A stretch of DNA of 64,000 nt from NCBI RefSeq assembly GCF_009914755.1, contig NC_060926.1; one strand, written 5' to 3'. Under the pieces are notes generated by a model that saw only the letters and a program-made list of their open reading frames with translations, had not been told where the DNA came from and made no database searches. Position 1 is the stretch's first letter. Every line of letters begins with the position of its first letter. Source of the DNA: the human T2T-CHM13v2.0 reference genome, Homo sapiens. The translations under genes were made by a program, and so were the position numbers. Positions 14,191 through 26,669 of the stretch are shown piece by piece.

Positions 14191-14419
14191 TTTTGTTTTT
14201 ATTGTAAATACAAATTGAACATTGTATATGTAATCACCATGTTTAAGAACATGATAATCCCATTATGTTGATAGGCTATAATATGCCAAATCATCCCTAC
14301 CTCTTTTTTTACTTGATTTTTAAGTTGAGTCTGGTTTTATATTTATATTAAATTATTTGTATTAGAAGTTATCATTGCAATATTTCTCCTGTTGCTTGTC
14401 AATTTTTCTTTTATATTTT

Positions 14420-14701
14420 TGTCTGTTTTTTGAGACAGGATCTCACTCTGTCACCCAGGCTGGAGTGCAGTGATGCCAGCCTCCTCCACCCCCATCCATC
14501 CACCCACCTTATGCGGGGATAAATGAGTAGCTGGGACCACAGGTACACACCACCAGGCCCAGCTATTATTTTGTATTTTTAGTAGAGACCTGGGTCTCGC
14601 CATGTTGCTCAGAATGGTTTGGAACCCCTGGGCTCAAGAGATCCACTCACCTTGGCCTCACAACGTATTGGGATTACAGGCGTGAGCAATAGCACCCAGC
14701 C
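14420..14701 (-). mobile_element. AluJ-like element with an internal replaced segment
   Basis: tgagacaggatctcactctgtcacccaggctggagtgcagtg ... gggattacaggcgtgagc; 14-bp TSD TTCTTTTATATTTT at 14406-14419 and 14702-14715. Confidence 0.9.
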
Positions 14702-16850
14702 TTCTTTTATATTTTCTAAAGACAAATGCTAAGCCTGCATTACTTGATCAAATCACACGACCATTTTAAATGAATCTTAGTATGCACTGCCATATTGCTT
14801 ACCCAAGGAGTGTATATGCTTTTATCACTAGCAACAAAAATGGTCAGTTTAGTCATAACCTTGAAAAATTATGTAGTTTTTATCCCATTGATAGTTTAGT
14901 AACTAATAAATAATATAACATACTATAATTTATGCTTCTTATATAAAATTTGATAGCCTTCATTTCATTTATCAAGGACCTTTGTATCTTTTATAAATTT
15001 TAATGAATTAATAAGCAATATTAATAGATGCTTACTCTGTCAAGCACTTGGCTGAATTCTTTATCAGTAATACTTAAATGATACTACAATATAGACTCTA
15101 TTATTGCTTCCTATTGTATAAATGGAGAAACTCAGTCAACAGTATTAACCTCTTATTTCTCCCAAATCTTATTTTATATATAGTTAGTATCACAGAATTT
15201 AGCCCTGACCTCTGCTTGAAACACGTTTGCTTTATCTCTCTTGCTTTAAGCTATTTGAGACTAGTGAGCAAAAATGGTCCTCTTATTTCATGCCATCAAC
15301 AGTACCAGGTACTTCAATTGTCACTTAATAAGTATTATTTTATTAATTTCTATCAAGTTTTCTACTTATAAATCCATAATAGATCATCATACCTTGTATT
15401 GTCTTCTTATTTTCCTTCTTTCTCTTCTTTTTTATGTGTCTTTATTTGTCTCTTTAATGTATTTTCTCTTTCTCTCAAAGAAAATTTAACTTATCTCTGA
15501 ATATAAGCAGGAGATGGTAAAAGGAAAGATAAATTATTGGCTATATTTGACATTCATAAGAGGCCATACCTTTAGCCTTATTTTGAAATGAGGTTATACA
15601 CATTTCCCCAACAATACACTGACAGGCTTGAAAACAGAATACATTCAGCATTCACTTTAATTTTTAATTGTGAACACTGAAACTATGCCTTAGCTTATCT
15701 GATGAACCATAGGAATTTCTTCATTTGGGGAATTCCGTCCCCAAACCTGTAAGTAACCCTGGCTTCTCTGAAACTCTATGACACCTTAGTAAAAAGTTAT
15801 TTTCAATGCTTACATTTACAAAATACACCTGACAGTATGTTTATGAAGTCTCAGCACCACAAACTTTCTTCTCCCTCGGCATCTAGGTCTTCCCGTCATC
15901 AGCTCCTGTGTGGCTCTGCGTATCTTACCACAATATAGAGTCACATTCTTCTCTCCTTAGATGGACATAGAAAGATATACTTGGGGGTGAAAATATGGCC
16001 AGAAGATGGCTACGAAAAGAAATGCAGAAAAAAGATTGTGCAGTGGTTACGTCTACTAGTGCCTGCTTTCATCCTAGGGCCCATAGCTACTAGGCCTTCG
16101 GTTGGGTTTTTGTTTGTTTGTTTTAACAGTTGTTATTCAGAATGGACTTTCTTTGGAATGTGAGACTAAGGTGTGCGCCTAACGTCATCATATTTTTTCT
16201 TTAGTAGTTTCTGCTCAGTATCGCAATAAATTCTTCCAGGCTGAATCTTTCTTCATTTTCTTGCAATACTGACAGAGATGGGTATTTTTACACCTCAGTG
16301 TCTTTTTGACCCACCTTTTAGCAGTCATAAATTACAAGATGCTTAGAATATGAGACAGAAGAAGTAAGTTCCTAGACCAACCAGTTTGAGAATGAGTCTG
16401 TACGTTTAACAGTGTCTGAGTGATTTTGCGGTAAATCAATCAGGGACATTAGAATAAATTACTTTCACTCCCATCACTGGTGTGGAATCAAGTCAAATCC
16501 AGCATGACCAAGTTAGGTAACAAAGGCAGATGGACCAAATAAGAGAACCTGAAATTTGTCAAGGAACCTCACATATATTTTCTTCTGACTTTTTGGTTTG
16601 CCACTCTGTCATTACCTAAAGAAGGCAAAAGAAAGGTAAGCGTAGGATATAAAGCTTTTGGTGTTTAGAGCAAATGAATGTGTTAAACCCGGAGTTTAAG
16701 CTAACAGATTCTTATAACGGTAATGAATATTTTAAGAGCCATTTTTCATCAAGCATTTTCCAGATAAGCTGTTACAATCAAAGTTGCTGTTATTATGTGC
16801 TGCCATCCGGTGTCCATTTTGTAGAATGCCAAGCTGATGGCTTTGTTGAG

Positions 16851-16921
16851 TTTTTGTTTTTGTTTTTGTTTTGGGGGTGTTTTGTTGTTGTTGTTGTTGT
16901 TTGGGCTTTGATTTTGTTTTT
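16851..16921 (+). repeat. T/G-rich simple repeat, (TTTTTG)n/(GTT)n
   Basis: Direct reading. Confidence 0.8.
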
Positions 16922-17150
16922 GTACTTCTATTTGTCTGCTAGTTTTTTTTGCATTTTTCCAACTTCACAATTCAGGATTTGCTTTAGGGAAGTTTTATGA
17001 AGTGTTTCACTTGGATAAAATGTCCCACCAATTGCATAAATGGTACATAAATGCCCTCATAGAAATTTAGTTCTCCCTACTTCCCAATTGTAGTTAGCAC
17101 CCCTTTTCCCCTTAGATGTAATTTGTTTTGTATGTCAAAAGATAAGATAA

Positions 17151-17464
<314 letters not shown>

Positions 17465-17989
17465 CAACACTTGGCATTTCTTGCCCTAGGATTTGTCTCC
17501 TGCATGGAATCACTAGGATCAAACCCTTACCTGATTGTTACCTGTAAATTCCTGTGGAAACTGATGGCTGTCTCCCTTACTCTTGGCACTTTGGACTGTC
17601 TTACTAAAGTTAGATATTTCCTGAACTGTGTGTCTTAGTTACCCCTTTAGTCTATCCAACACCTTAATTTTTGTCTCTCTGTGGAAAAAATAGAAAACTA
17701 TTCTCTCAAAGTTATGATGAAATGTGGAGGCACTGATTGGTCAGTGGGTGAATTTGCCTGCTGACCATCATGATAGGGGTGGAAGACAGGGATAAAGGGC
17801 TCGCAGTTCAGCATTGCAGGATGGCCCAGGTCAGGCTAAGACATGGCTTTGCTCCAAAGAGAAAGAGATTCTAGTACTTCCCTGACAAGTGTTCCTTATC
17901 TCCCCCTCTTAGCTCCTCTCATGAGGCTCTCAACTGGCATGCTCAGAGTGACTACAGAGAGAGCTGCATGCCACCTGCTGAGAGACCAT

Positions 17990-18105
17990 GGAGACACTGG
18001 AGTGAGCAGGGGCCTGAATCCCATCTCTATGGCTTGTTTTCCCTTGGTTAGGATGCAACCTTACTGGGCTTCAGTTTTCTCTTCTGTAATATGGGAGTAT
18101 CCTAG
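17990..18105 (+). mobile_element. MIR fragment
   Basis: cctgaatcccatctct...ctgggcttcagttttctcttctgtaatatggg is the MIR core. Confidence 0.6.
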
Positions 18106-19047
18106 GCTCATTCAGAAGACTTGGTTTCCATGTTTATTGTCCATCTTCTTGTAGTTAGAAGTACAGTTTTTGAGGAATGTCTTATTTTCCATCTCTTTTC
18201 AGCCCTTAGAATTGTGTTTGGCACGTGGTAAATGTTTAATGGAGACATGTGACCAGCTTAGTAATTAAATCACATAGTGCATATAAAATGCCAGGTGGCA
18301 TACCTGGAACAGAGCAGAAGCCAGTGCAAGCTCAGCGTGGGAAGCCCTCTGGAGAAAGCTCAGGTATTGGACACTAGAAGCATAAATTAGGAAAAAATAT
18401 CCTATATCAGAAGTGTTCGATAGTTAAGAAAAAATAATGCTAAGAATACCTTAATAACTACTAGGAAACTAAGGAACAGAGAAAGGAAAAGAAATTTTTC
18501 AGTCCTTGTTAATGACGAACAGCAAACATAAAGCAGAAAAAATCTCGATTTTTTCTGAAATTTGAAAGGCCATATACTCTTTTACTCAAAAAATCTTTAA
18601 TAATCACCTACTAAATGTCAAACAGTATGCCCAGTACTGGAAATGCTCTTAAGAGGAGAGAGGTGGTTTCTATTTCTTTGTGGGAGCTTGGGGCATAGAG
18701 GGACTTCCTAGTGCAAAAACTGTGTTTATCCTAGAAAATAGTCTATTTGCAAAGTTTCCTCAGAAACTGCTGGACACACCTATCCTGGCTAAGGCTTTTA
18801 AGCTTGTATGAGTTGCCCACTTCCTGAAATGTCACCTAATATATTGAATAAGGGTCATATATAGTGATTTGGTTGCGTATAGAAAATATCAAATCCTTAA
18901 GTCAAGGTAAAACCTTGCCAAGTGATCCTTTGCACACTCCAGAGCTGACAATGCCTTACGAGAGAGTCACTATGTTAAAGTAATTGGGTGAGAAAGCTAT
19001 TCCCCTGATATGCTAAGAACTATGGGCAACACAATGGGTCAGACATG

Positions 19048-19183
19048 GCAGCCATAAAAAAAGGATGAGTTCATGTCCTTTGCAGGGACATGGATGAAGC
19101 TGGATACCATCATTCTCAGCAACCTAACCCAAGGACAGAAAACCAAACACCGCATGTTCTCACTCATAAGTGGGAGTTGAACA
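19048..19183 (+). mobile_element. Short primate L1PA fragment (end of ORF2), truncated at both ends
   Basis: gcagccataaaaaaaggatgagttcatgtcctttgcagggacatggatgaagctgg...catgttctcactcataagtgggagttgaaca is close to the L1PA consensus. Confidence 0.92.
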
Positions 19184-19236
19184 GTATATAAAAAAGAAAT
19201 TATTCTTTGGCCATTGTTGTAAAGTCATAATGTAGT

Positions 19237-19401
19237 TAGGGCTGGCTTCACCGGTGTGCGTCCAGGGCCCCATGCTCAGAAGGACTCTGCCCTTGATTTA
19301 ATGCTAGATTGTTACTGTCTTAAAATACTTCATAATTTTTGGACACGGAATGGTGCATTTTTATTCCGCACTGGGCTTTGCAAATTCTGTACCCAATTCT
19401 G
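19237..19401 (+). mobile_element. MER45A-like hAT-Tip100 DNA transposon
   Basis: agggctggcttca...cagggccccatgctcagaagg...gcactgggctttgcaaattctgtacccaattctg matches the recalled MER45A consensus end to end. Confidence 0.75.
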
Positions 19402-19510
19402 TTTTTCACTGGCAGATAGGTGTAAACTCATGTCTTTCAGTTATTCAAAAAAATATGTATTGAGGCCCTAAAAAGTAAATTAAAAAAATTTGGATTTAAA
19501 AAAAAACAGC

Positions 19511-19796
19511 GGCCGGGCGCGGTGGCTCACTCCTGTAATCCCAGCACTTTGGGAGGCCGAGGCAGGCGGATCACGAAGTCAGGAGATCGAGACCATCCTG
19601 GCTAACACGGTGAAACCCCATCTCTATTAAAAGTACAAAAAATTAGCCGGGCGTGTTGGTGGGCGCCTGTAGTCCCAGCTACTGGGGAGGCTGAGGCAGG
19701 AGAATGGCATGAACCCAGGAGGCGGAGATTTCAGTGAGCGGAGATTGCGCCACTGCACTCCAGTCCAGCCTGGGCGACAGAGCGAGACTCCGTCTC

Positions 19797-19827
<31 letters not shown>

Positions 19828-19833
19828 CAAAAA
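19511..19833 (+). mobile_element. AluY, full length, with (AAAAC)n tail
   Basis: AluY diagnostics ggatcacga.gtcaggagatcgagaccatcctggctaacacggtgaaacccc and ggagaatggc; many CpGs retained. Confidence 0.97.
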
Positions 19834-19864
19834 CCAGACAGCATAAAGTAACGAACAGATTATA

Positions 19865-20055
19865 GGTTTTGGAGCTAGAGAAACTGGGTTTAACTTTAAA
19901 TCTAAGTGTAAGGCCTTAAGTTACCCTTTGAGCCTCATTTTTCATATTAGTAAATAGAGATGTTAGTACTTTCATCATTTTTGTGTATGAAGCTAAGCAT
20001 AAACTAGATGATCAGGTTTACGCTAGGTATTCTAAATAATTTATGCTAATTATTA
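19865..20055 (+). mobile_element. MIR
   Basis: tttggagctagagaaactgggttt...tttgagcctcatttttcatattagtaaatagagatg. Confidence 0.6.
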
Positions 20056-21519
20056 TTTTAAAAGAATCATGGGAAAAAATCGAGATGAAAGAGGACATCT
20101 AAAAGGTTGTCAGCAGCATTATTATTCTTCGTTTTGAAATGAAATTCTTTTCAAGCAATAACACTGAGCCCATGGAAAAGCTTTCACTTTTATTCAGAGA
20201 AGATAGACAGTGTTTATAGTTTATAAATTCAAAACAAAGTAGCACCGTACATAAGGCGTCAGAGCAAGTCATGTTGCTAAGGTTTTGAGACCTGCAGTTC
20301 TTACCCTCTTCAGTTTTTTCATCCAATTCACCTAACAGGCACACAGTTCACAGCAGTTCAAAGTCCTTATAAAGAACAATGAGATAATTGCGTTTCATGC
20401 AACTTCAGCTCTAACCAGTTCCATTTCCAAGTTTAAGGATGGGGAGAGTTTTTGCCAGCAAGTTCTATAAATGATCAACATCTGAAACAGATCCAAATCA
20501 GAGCCATTTATCCAGGACTTACTATAGATAGGATGCAAATAAGGTATAGTGTCTCCTTGTGAGAATATGAAATGTATAGTGGGAAATATAATAGGTAGGT
20601 TAAATATGGATTCTTCGTGTGTGAGGGTGTTCTGTACTCCCTGACCACGTATGGTCAAAATAAGGGTGGTGTTAAAAGATGCCCAGACTAGACTTCTAAT
20701 AATCTTTCTCTTTTTCCTGTTTGGAGTAATCTATTATTATGACCTGAATGAAGAGAAGGCTATTGCTGCTTCAATTCACTCTGCTGCTGCTGGTACCTAA
20801 AAGGCAAAATGGGCACTAGGGCAGAAGGAAACGTCTGTGTGGTTTTCTTTCTGGGTTTTGTTTTTTCATCTTTTCATTATTTAATTGAAAAATTGATACT
20901 CTTCATTTAAAGACAAGTGGGTCCAAGAACACAGTGTTTGTATTTGGATGTTGAAAAATACACATTGTGCTTCTTGTGTGTCTGCTTATTCTGTTCTTTT
21001 TTAACACAATGGTGTATCATTAAGAAAGCTCCAGGCATATAAGAGCAACCTAATTCTTTTTGTAAATATTAACCTTACTGAATCAAAGCTGTCCTTTCAA
21101 TCAAGCTCTTAGTTTCTAAAAGACAAGTGGAAATAAATTACGCAAAGATCTTCAATAGTCATTTAAAAAGTATTTTGGTGTGGTTTTCTATTGACCTGAA
21201 TAAAGTCTTTCCATAAACTTAAAAAAAAATCACTTTTGTGAAATGAATTCAACTGTTTTGAAGTGAATGTTAAGCTGAAGCAAACTGCAGCAATATGCTC
21301 TAATGGGTAGAAACTTATGTATATTAATCTCCTTAATATCTTTACTATCTACAAAAGAGTGCCTTCATGACATGAACATATATATATTCTAACTATAGAA
21401 GCAATATGTGTTCAATGCAGAAAACTTGGTAAACACCAAGAAATACAAAGGAGACTCAAAAGCCGCGATTTTACCACTTGATTTAACTACTGTCATATCA
21501 AGACTTTTTTTCCAGGCCA

Positions 21520-21800
21520 AAGTTCAGTCATTGACTCAATACATATGTATTTTGCGTCTATTCTGTCCAAGGCACCATGCTAAGCATTGTGGATACCTTT
21601 GTAAAGATGAACTGATTTCTACCATCTCGAGGCTCATTTCTTAATGGAGGATAGAGGTGAAATTTATGAAAAATATTTTTAAATTTATCATAAGTGTTAT
21701 GAGAGGAAGTCATGGAAGGCACATATGACAAAGCAATGTTTTGACTTCTAATTAATGGAATTAATAATCAGAAGGAGTGTATGGGTGAAGAAAGTCCTAG
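21520..21800 (-). mobile_element. L2 remnant
   Basis: cagtcattgactcaatacatatgtattttgcgtctattctgtccaaggcaccatgctaagcattgtggatac is an antisense L2 3' end. Confidence 0.6.
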
Positions 21801-21849
21801 GTAAATAGCACAGCACGGTTATAAACTACGTGTATTATGGTCTGCATTA

Positions 21850-22320
21850 AAACCTTCGCACATCAGTATTCTTCTACAGCATAGGGTTCATTATTCCATT
21901 ATATGGACCTATTATATGCAATTTATTTAACCTATCTTTTTTATATTTTATGTATGGAATTAACAAGTAATGATGCAATTAATTTCTATGCATACAGACT
22001 CGGCAATTTGTGAGACTATTTCTCTAGAATAAATTTAAATTCGTAGGGAATGGACATTTTTAGCCAAAAGATATACACATTTTTAGGGATTTTTAAAAAG
22101 CACATTTTCAAATTGCACTCCAGAAAGGAAGCAACAGTCTGCATTCCCACCAATAGTGTATGAGAGAATCTATTTCCTACACTGTGATTATCCCTAGATG
22201 TTATCAGATGTTAGTTCTTTTATTCCTTGACAATTTGATGTACAAAGAGGGAAAAAGCATGTCACTATTTTTATTTGCATTTCTTTGATTTCTAGTAAGA
22301 TTCAACATTATGAAAATATT
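21850..22320 (-). mobile_element. Old L1M remnant
   Basis: caaattgcactccagaaagg...ctgcattcccaccaatagtgtatgagag...tttatttgcatttctttgatt are antisense L1 ORF2 motifs. Confidence 0.7.
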
Positions 22321-22771
22321 TTGAATTAAGCAATGACACATGAGGCTGGTTAGTTTTTAAGACTGAAATACACTAAACCAATGAAGAGAAGAAACAATGA
22401 AGGAAGGAATAGGTTCTGATTCCTATTTTTACTTTGCTATTTTTGGTTTGCTGTAAAAACATAAACTTTTTATGGGAAGGATGCACATGGATACACAAAA
22501 AATGGATTTTTGGTAGTTGAAAAAGATATTAGGAGGATCTATAAATTAAGAAATTCTTACTATAAATGCTGTACTTTTAAATAATTCCAGAATGTCTTTA
22601 TTATTACCCAAATTCCATACCACTTATAGATTTTAATAAAGAGGAGACTTTTAGCAAGACTGTTAAAAATAAAGATGGTCTCTACTCATTCCAAATGTTG
22701 CTCATACTGTATCTATAAATGATTTCTTCAACTGATAATGCTTTCTTTCCCTTTTATTTTTTTGTCCTAAG

Positions 22772-22859
22772 GAAAAACTGGTCTACTTCCTGGATTGTTC
22801 TTTCTAGTCGAAGAATTGAATTTTACAAAGAATCCAAGCAACAGGCTCTGTCCAATATG
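22772..22859 (+). CDS. ARHGAP15: ARHGAP15 internal coding exon (88 nt; probably exon 5): (R)KNWSTSWIVLSSRRIEFYKESKQQALSNM
   Basis: Long polypyrimidine tract, then tcctaag|G acceptor; donor ATG|gtaagt is a perfect consensus. The phase-2 junction AG+G gives Arg, matching the previous exon. Confidence 0.95.
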
Positions 22860-23109
22860 GTAAGTAATTCTCTGTTTCTATTGTTAAATATCTTTTCAGA
22901 AATATTGTAGAATTAAAAGTTTGGTTTTATCAGAAATCACACTAAAACCTCCAAGCTACCAACATCTGAAAACAGATGGAGAAAATGACTCAATAAACTT
23001 TTAATCAGATGAAGGGAAAATAGAACTTAGTGTCTGTTTTATTAAGTGGTGCATTTGGAGAATAATCACAAAATGAGATGTATGGTGAGCAGCTATGTAG
23101 TAATGCGAA

Positions 23110-23422
23110 GGTAACACTTTAAATTAAGGTGCCATTTATAAATGCCTTATTCTTATTTATGAAATGATCACTAAATGCAGCTACTTGCTCAAATAATGTA
23201 TTATAAAGTATGTTATAAAATGCATTAGTAATAAATGCTTAACGGATGATACTATGGGAAGCTGTTTTAAAGAATATTATAAGACGTAAATCATATTAAA
23301 CCATGTATGTGCATCTTTAATACATGAATTTAAGTTGGTATCTAGCATGCTATAAAGTGCTTCAGACATTAATAAATAATAATAAACTGTTTATAAATGG
23401 CACCTTAATATAGGGTATTACC
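23110..23422. mobile_element. ~313-bp palindromic element with long terminal inverted repeats (ancient MITE-like, possibly MER136-type)
   Basis: The left end GGTAACACTTTAAATTAAGGTGCCATTTATAAA matches the reverse complement of the right end at 29/33 positions, with a perfect 20-bp core (23123-23142 / 23390-23409). The family name is from memory only. Confidence 0.75.
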
Positions 23423-25224
23423 AATGAGGAAACACTCTAAATTAGCCAAGTGATTTTTTATCTTCGTCTAACTGTGACGTTCACTATATCCAGCTAACCT
23501 TTTTGAATATTTCTATGACTCCATCTAATGGAGCTAATACAATTTCTGTATCCTGTAGTTATTACAAAGTGAAATTTGTAGGGTTTCTTCCTTGTACCTG
23601 GAGGAGGGCCTCACATATACCTACAAAGATTTGACAGTGATAATAAGTAAGAGCAATTCGGAGCCAGTTACTGGGGCAATTCAAGCTCAAAACCTTGCTG
23701 CCCAAACACAAGAGCTACCACAAGATGTAGGAGACAGTGGGCAGGCAACATATCTGACAGCCTCCTGATTAGGAAGGACTCCGGGCAGGAACTAACCTGC
23801 CACAGCCCATCGGCCTGATGGATGATAAGGAAAGGGGTCGCCTGGCAGGAGTTACCCACAATGAACTAATTTGTATTTGGCAGGTAATAAAACGATGGGA
23901 AGTTCTTTGCTCTCCAGCCACTAGTTGTGTTTGCTATGTAATCCTCTTTAAATAGAAAATAGAAAATCATTTGCTAGGAGATTTTTCTTAAAAGAAGATT
24001 TTAGTAAGAACAAAAGGTAGCATTTGACTTGCTTCTGATAACCGCAGTAGCCTTTATCCCCAAGTGGCTTGCTGATTTTGGAGTCTCAGTGCTGTCCGAT
24101 CTGTAAACTAATTATGAATAAATTAAAAATATATCTCAGTCCTTTGTATTTTTAATTTAAACTGCCTCAGAAATTTGTTTTAGGGTTTTATTTTGTTTTT
24201 ATTTTTGGATACAGTAAGGTTGAGATAATCTTTTTAAGGAAAATAAAGTACCCCTAAGGGCCAGGCACAAAACAACTACCATCCACTTGCAGGTCCTTTG
24301 TCTTCCCTTTGAATGAGCTCTAAGGGGGAAGTCAGGAGGGGAGGAAAGTCGCTGGCCTTGCTGAGTTTGGCTGCTGAAAAGATGATCTTCCCCTGCTGAG
24401 TGAGAAGAATTCCATTGGGAGGAGAGTTTATGCGAATGTGTGGGATAATGGGAGAGATAAGATTCCATATTTTAAAGCATTTGGTTTATTTTTATTTTAT
24501 TATTTTAATCTCTTTATACCATGAGATATAATTATCAGCTGTTAAATTTTATACAGGTGAAAGAAAACTCCCTTTTTGATTGCAGGCAAATCTTGCAAGT
24601 TAGCTCACTAATTGCATGCCTCTCGTTCAACCTTCAGAACTGTTGTAAGTTGACAATAGACTTGACTTGTAGAAGAAATTTGTTAACATTTTCCTAGGAG
24701 TCCTTATTTATTACTTCTGGCCCCATTTTTAATGCTCTTATGGTTTCTACCAGGCACTCATTGTCTTCAAAGTCAATTCATGGCAGGAACTAACTGTGTT
24801 TTGTGGTAATGGGTAAGAGAATTACAGATTTATGTTTGTGCTGCATGAATTGACTTGCTAGTCAACTTCTTGGATCCATTTCTAACCCAGTATTAAAGGC
24901 CTAGTGGGATAGCCCACGTTTACCAGTTCCAGTCTTAGAGAAACGATACAACGATTGCCAGGCCTTGATTAAAGATGCTGTGGTTTTATTTTGAAAGAGA
25001 TTTATGCTCAAGTTTCTGAATTTCTCTTGCACCCCCTTAGAATTTTTCTGGTGTTGCTCATTGTGCTTCTGGAAAAAAGTCTGCCCTTTCCTCCTAGGGG
25101 TCAAGACAAGCTGCCTGAGTGAGTGCAGAATGTGATTTAAAAGAATAAATGGTATTTTAGTCCTTATACAAATGATCTTTAAGTGTTAATGCAGCAGTGA
25201 GACAAGGCAACAAAACCAGCCAGA

Positions 25225-25445
25225 GCAGTTTTGAAGTTGGACTCTAGGGGATGTAATTCCTTTTTTTTTTTTTTTTTTTACCACTCATTAGCTGATAACA
25301 TTACTCACTTCTTTGAGCTTCAGAATCCTTACCTGTGAAATGGGCATAGTGATACCTGCCAACAGAATTAGTAAGGAATGAAATTAATTGGTAAAAACAA
25401 ATACATAATGAACAAAAAATTATTGTGCTTTATTATATCATATGC
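25225..25445 (+). mobile_element. MIR (with a poly-T at 25261-25279)
   Basis: ttactcacttctttgagcttcagaatccttacctgtgaaatgggcatagtgatacctgcc is the MIR core. Confidence 0.65.
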
Positions 25446-25859
25446 TATTAAATACAGAAATATAACATATTCTATAGTACACAATAGAGAGTATAATTAT
25501 ATTATTACATTAGTTTTGTACTTGACCTGATTCAGACATTTATAGAAGAGAGAATATACTAATTAATTCAAGAAACTCCATCATGCATGACCTCCAAAAG
25601 AATGTATCCAGAAGTAGCATAAAATGCTGTCTCAGAGCAATGACTAATACTGAAAATAAAGCCAGCCATCCATTTAGGGCTCTAGATGTTAACCTCTTGA
25701 ATGTCCATACAAAGTTTCCCGGTGCCCCCATCTTCTTCCTTTGGCTCTTACCCTTACTGTTTTCACATTTAATACAGCATGTTACAAAGTATTCTGCCTG
25801 ACCCCACATTCTGTGTTTGGTTACTTTCCTTTCTCACTGAAGTTCTTCCAGTTCATATC

Positions 25860-26233
25860 TGTCTTACTCAGTTAGGACTGCTACATCAAAGTACCAATGG
25901 CTGGGTGGCTTAAACCACACACATTTATTTCTCCTGGTTTTGGAGGCTGGGAAGTCCACGATCGAGGCACAGGTGAATCTGGTGTCTGCTGAGGTCCTGC
26001 TTCCTCATTTGCATCTGTCCTGTCTTCTCACTGTATCCTCACATGGCAGAGGGCAGAAAGTGAGAGAGCAGACGTTCGTGTCTTTTCACATAAGGCCACT
26101 AATCCCATTCATGAGGGCTCCACCTTTATGATCTAATTACCTCCCAAAGGCCCTACCTCCTAATGGCATCACACTGGGGTTTAAGGTTTCAACATAGGAA
26201 TTTTAGAGTAACACAAACATTCAATCCTTAAAA
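25860..26233 (-). mobile_element. MaLR solo LTR (MLT1A/MLT1A0-like)
   Basis: tgtcttactcagttaggactgct...ggaggctgggaagtcca...ctaatcccattcatgagggctccacc...aacattcaatcc; perfect 5-bp TSD ATATC at 25855-25859 and 26234-26238. Confidence 0.9.
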
Positions 26234-26669
26234 ATATCCAAGTCACATTTTTATCAAAAGCAGCCTTACTGTGCAAATAAGCACAGAATCACTTTGCTTA
26301 TTTTCATAGAGATTCATAGGTACCTCAGTGAGTTAGTAAAGGAGAAGGAAGAATGACCTATTCTGTTCTTGTTTTATGAAAAGGACATTAAATCGTAACT
26401 GACCACCTACTATCATCAGCATTTTATAACAGAAAGGACATTATAAAATACCCAATCCAAAAAATAGAAAGGATAAAATTATCAGAATAAAAGACACCCT
26501 TTACCAAAAAGAAAACTGTCCCCCTTATTTGCCTAACATACTCTCTCTTTTGCTCATCAAGACAGGTGGATCGGGACTGGCTGGTCCTCCAGTGAGGAGG
26601 AAAACCACTCGTGTCCCTAGATCCAGATTTCCTGAATTATGAAGGAAAGGATGGTGTTCATATTCTCAT

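Noticed and set aside
22761-22771. Possible U12-type intron (unusual tcctaag acceptor)
   Set aside because: The upstream donor is GTAATA, not RTATCCTT, and a normal polypyrimidine tract is present. This is a U2 intron with an AAG acceptor.
22719-22910. ORF MISSTDNAFF...NIFSEIL as a stand-alone gene
   Set aside because: It is the 88-nt ARHGAP15 exon frame read through into flanking intron.
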